DNA of 24,334 bases. Origin: a virus. The notes beneath the pieces were generated by a model that was not told where the DNA came from, did not search any database, and saw only the letters and a list, made by a program, of their open reading frames with translations. The DNA lies in IMG/VR virus record IMGVR_UViG_3300018984_000002, positions 102,777 to 127,110 of that record, one strand, 5' to 3'. A program made the translations under genes and the position numbers. Every line of letters begins with the position of its first letter. Position 1 is the stretch's first letter. This document shows positions 23,643-24,334 of this stretch, one piece after another.

Positions 23643-23663
23643 CTAGGGTGTTTTAAACCCTAG
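23643..23663 (-). terminator. intergenic stem-loop
   Basis: CTAGGGT/ACCCTAG stem 10 nt after the stop of 23674..23862; no clear U-tract. Confidence 0.4.
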
Positions 23664-23673
23664 TTACGATTTA

Positions 23674-23862
23674 TTAATAACCTAAGCTTTTAACTGCATA
23701 AGAAACGATATACCAGAAAGCAAATACCGTAGCTGTATATTTGCTTCTTTTTCTTGGTGCAACTCTAGCTGCTATTTCACTAGAAGTAGTTAGAGTTAAC
23801 ACAGTAAATGCAATTGCAAGAAGAATTGATGATAGGAAAGCAAGTAGTTTAATTAAATCCAT
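23674..23862 (-). CDS. small membrane protein (two hydrophobic segments)
   Basis: LLAFLSSILLAIAFTVLTL and ATVFAFWYIVSYAV separated by a basic loop. Confidence 0.7.
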   Translation of the reverse strand: MDLIKLLAFLSSILLAIAFTVLTLTTSSEIAARVAPRKRSKYTATVFAFWYIVSYAVKSLGY

Positions 23863-23869
23863 AATTAGT

Positions 23870-24136
23870 TTACTTTGTTGTAGACATTACTGTAAATGTA
23901 TTATCAAAATCTGGTGAAGTTAAAATATGCAAAGCTTGTATAACAGCCTTACGAAATTTAGCTTTGTTTTTGTGCTTCCCAACAATAATAGTCAACTTTA
24001 TTGCAGTATACATTACACCCCACCAAGTTTTACTATCTTTAACTACTTGTGTAGTAATATCAACTAATTTAATGGCTTCAGATTTTTCCAAACCATTCTC
24101 AATGCATACATTTACACAAGCATTGTAAAAAGTCAT
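23870..24136 (-). CDS. hypothetical protein (88 aa)
   Basis: GAGGT RBS; ORF track. Confidence 0.75.
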   Translation of the reverse strand: MTFYNACVNVCIENGLEKSEAIKLVDITTQVVKDSKTWWGVMYTAIKLTIIVGKHKNKAKFRKAVIQALHILTSPDFDNTFTVMSTTK

Positions 24137-24161
24137 ATTTTAACCTCACCAAATATAATAA

Positions 24162-24334
24162 TTAAACTGGGACTGTAGTAAGTCTATCTATTAGTTTTAG
24201 ACTTTTTTCTCCAAAGTTAAGATCGTTAATATAACAATCTGTAAAGTCATGCTTATTTAATCTCCTTCCTAATTTTTTTTCACAACATTCAATACATACC
24301 ATTCCATCTTTAGAATTATGTATTAAATTCCACA
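24162..24334 (-). CDS. C-terminal part of a conserved small phage CxxC protein (starts beyond the window)
   Basis: Manual translation ...WNLIHNSKDGMVCIECCEKKLGRRLNKHDFTDCYINDLNFGEKSLKLIDRLTTVPV*. Confidence 0.7.
   Translation of the reverse strand, partial: WNLIHNSKDGMVCIECCEKKLGRRLNKHDFTDCYINDLNFGEKSLKLIDRLTTVPV

Noticed and set aside
1-24334. Alternative genetic code (stop-codon reassignment)
   Set aside because: Known genes are full length in the standard bacterial code and end with TAA, TAG or TGA; the only breaks are explained by introns.

Overview
AT-rich, gene-dense segment of a large dsDNA bacteriophage genome, probably a cyanophage (inference). Essentially all real genes lie on the minus strand. 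Contents: (1) a nucleotide-metabolism block with DHFR, a class II (B12-dependent) ribonucleotide reductase, a CYTH-family protein, ThyA and, cut by the window edge, a possible PduO-like cobalamin adenosyltransferase. The nrdJ gene is interrupted at its catalytic NPCGE motif by two back-to-back group I introns separated by a 5-nt micro-exon (GTGGT); the second intron carries a PD-(D/E)xK+NUMOD3 homing endonuclease. (2) An apparently complete phage-encoded ubiquitin-like conjugation system: JAB/JAMM peptidase, two E2-like paralogues with Cys4 inserts, a ThiF/E1 enzyme and an acidic protein in one operon. Two tandem 127-aa ubiquitin-like genes (C-terminus SSGTAG, amphipathic N-terminal leader) lie about 1.7 kb upstream. 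(3) UvsE UV-damage endonuclease, an antirepressor-like protein, many small hypotheticals, and a ~655-aa conserved phage gene split by a third group I intron with a LAGLIDADG endonuclease. (4) A dispersed GTCCGAAA(TA) motif (~19 copies counted by eye; six intergenic inverted pairs) and a ~154-nt structured non-coding RNA candidate with its own terminator. All calls come from manual reading of motifs; no database searches were run.
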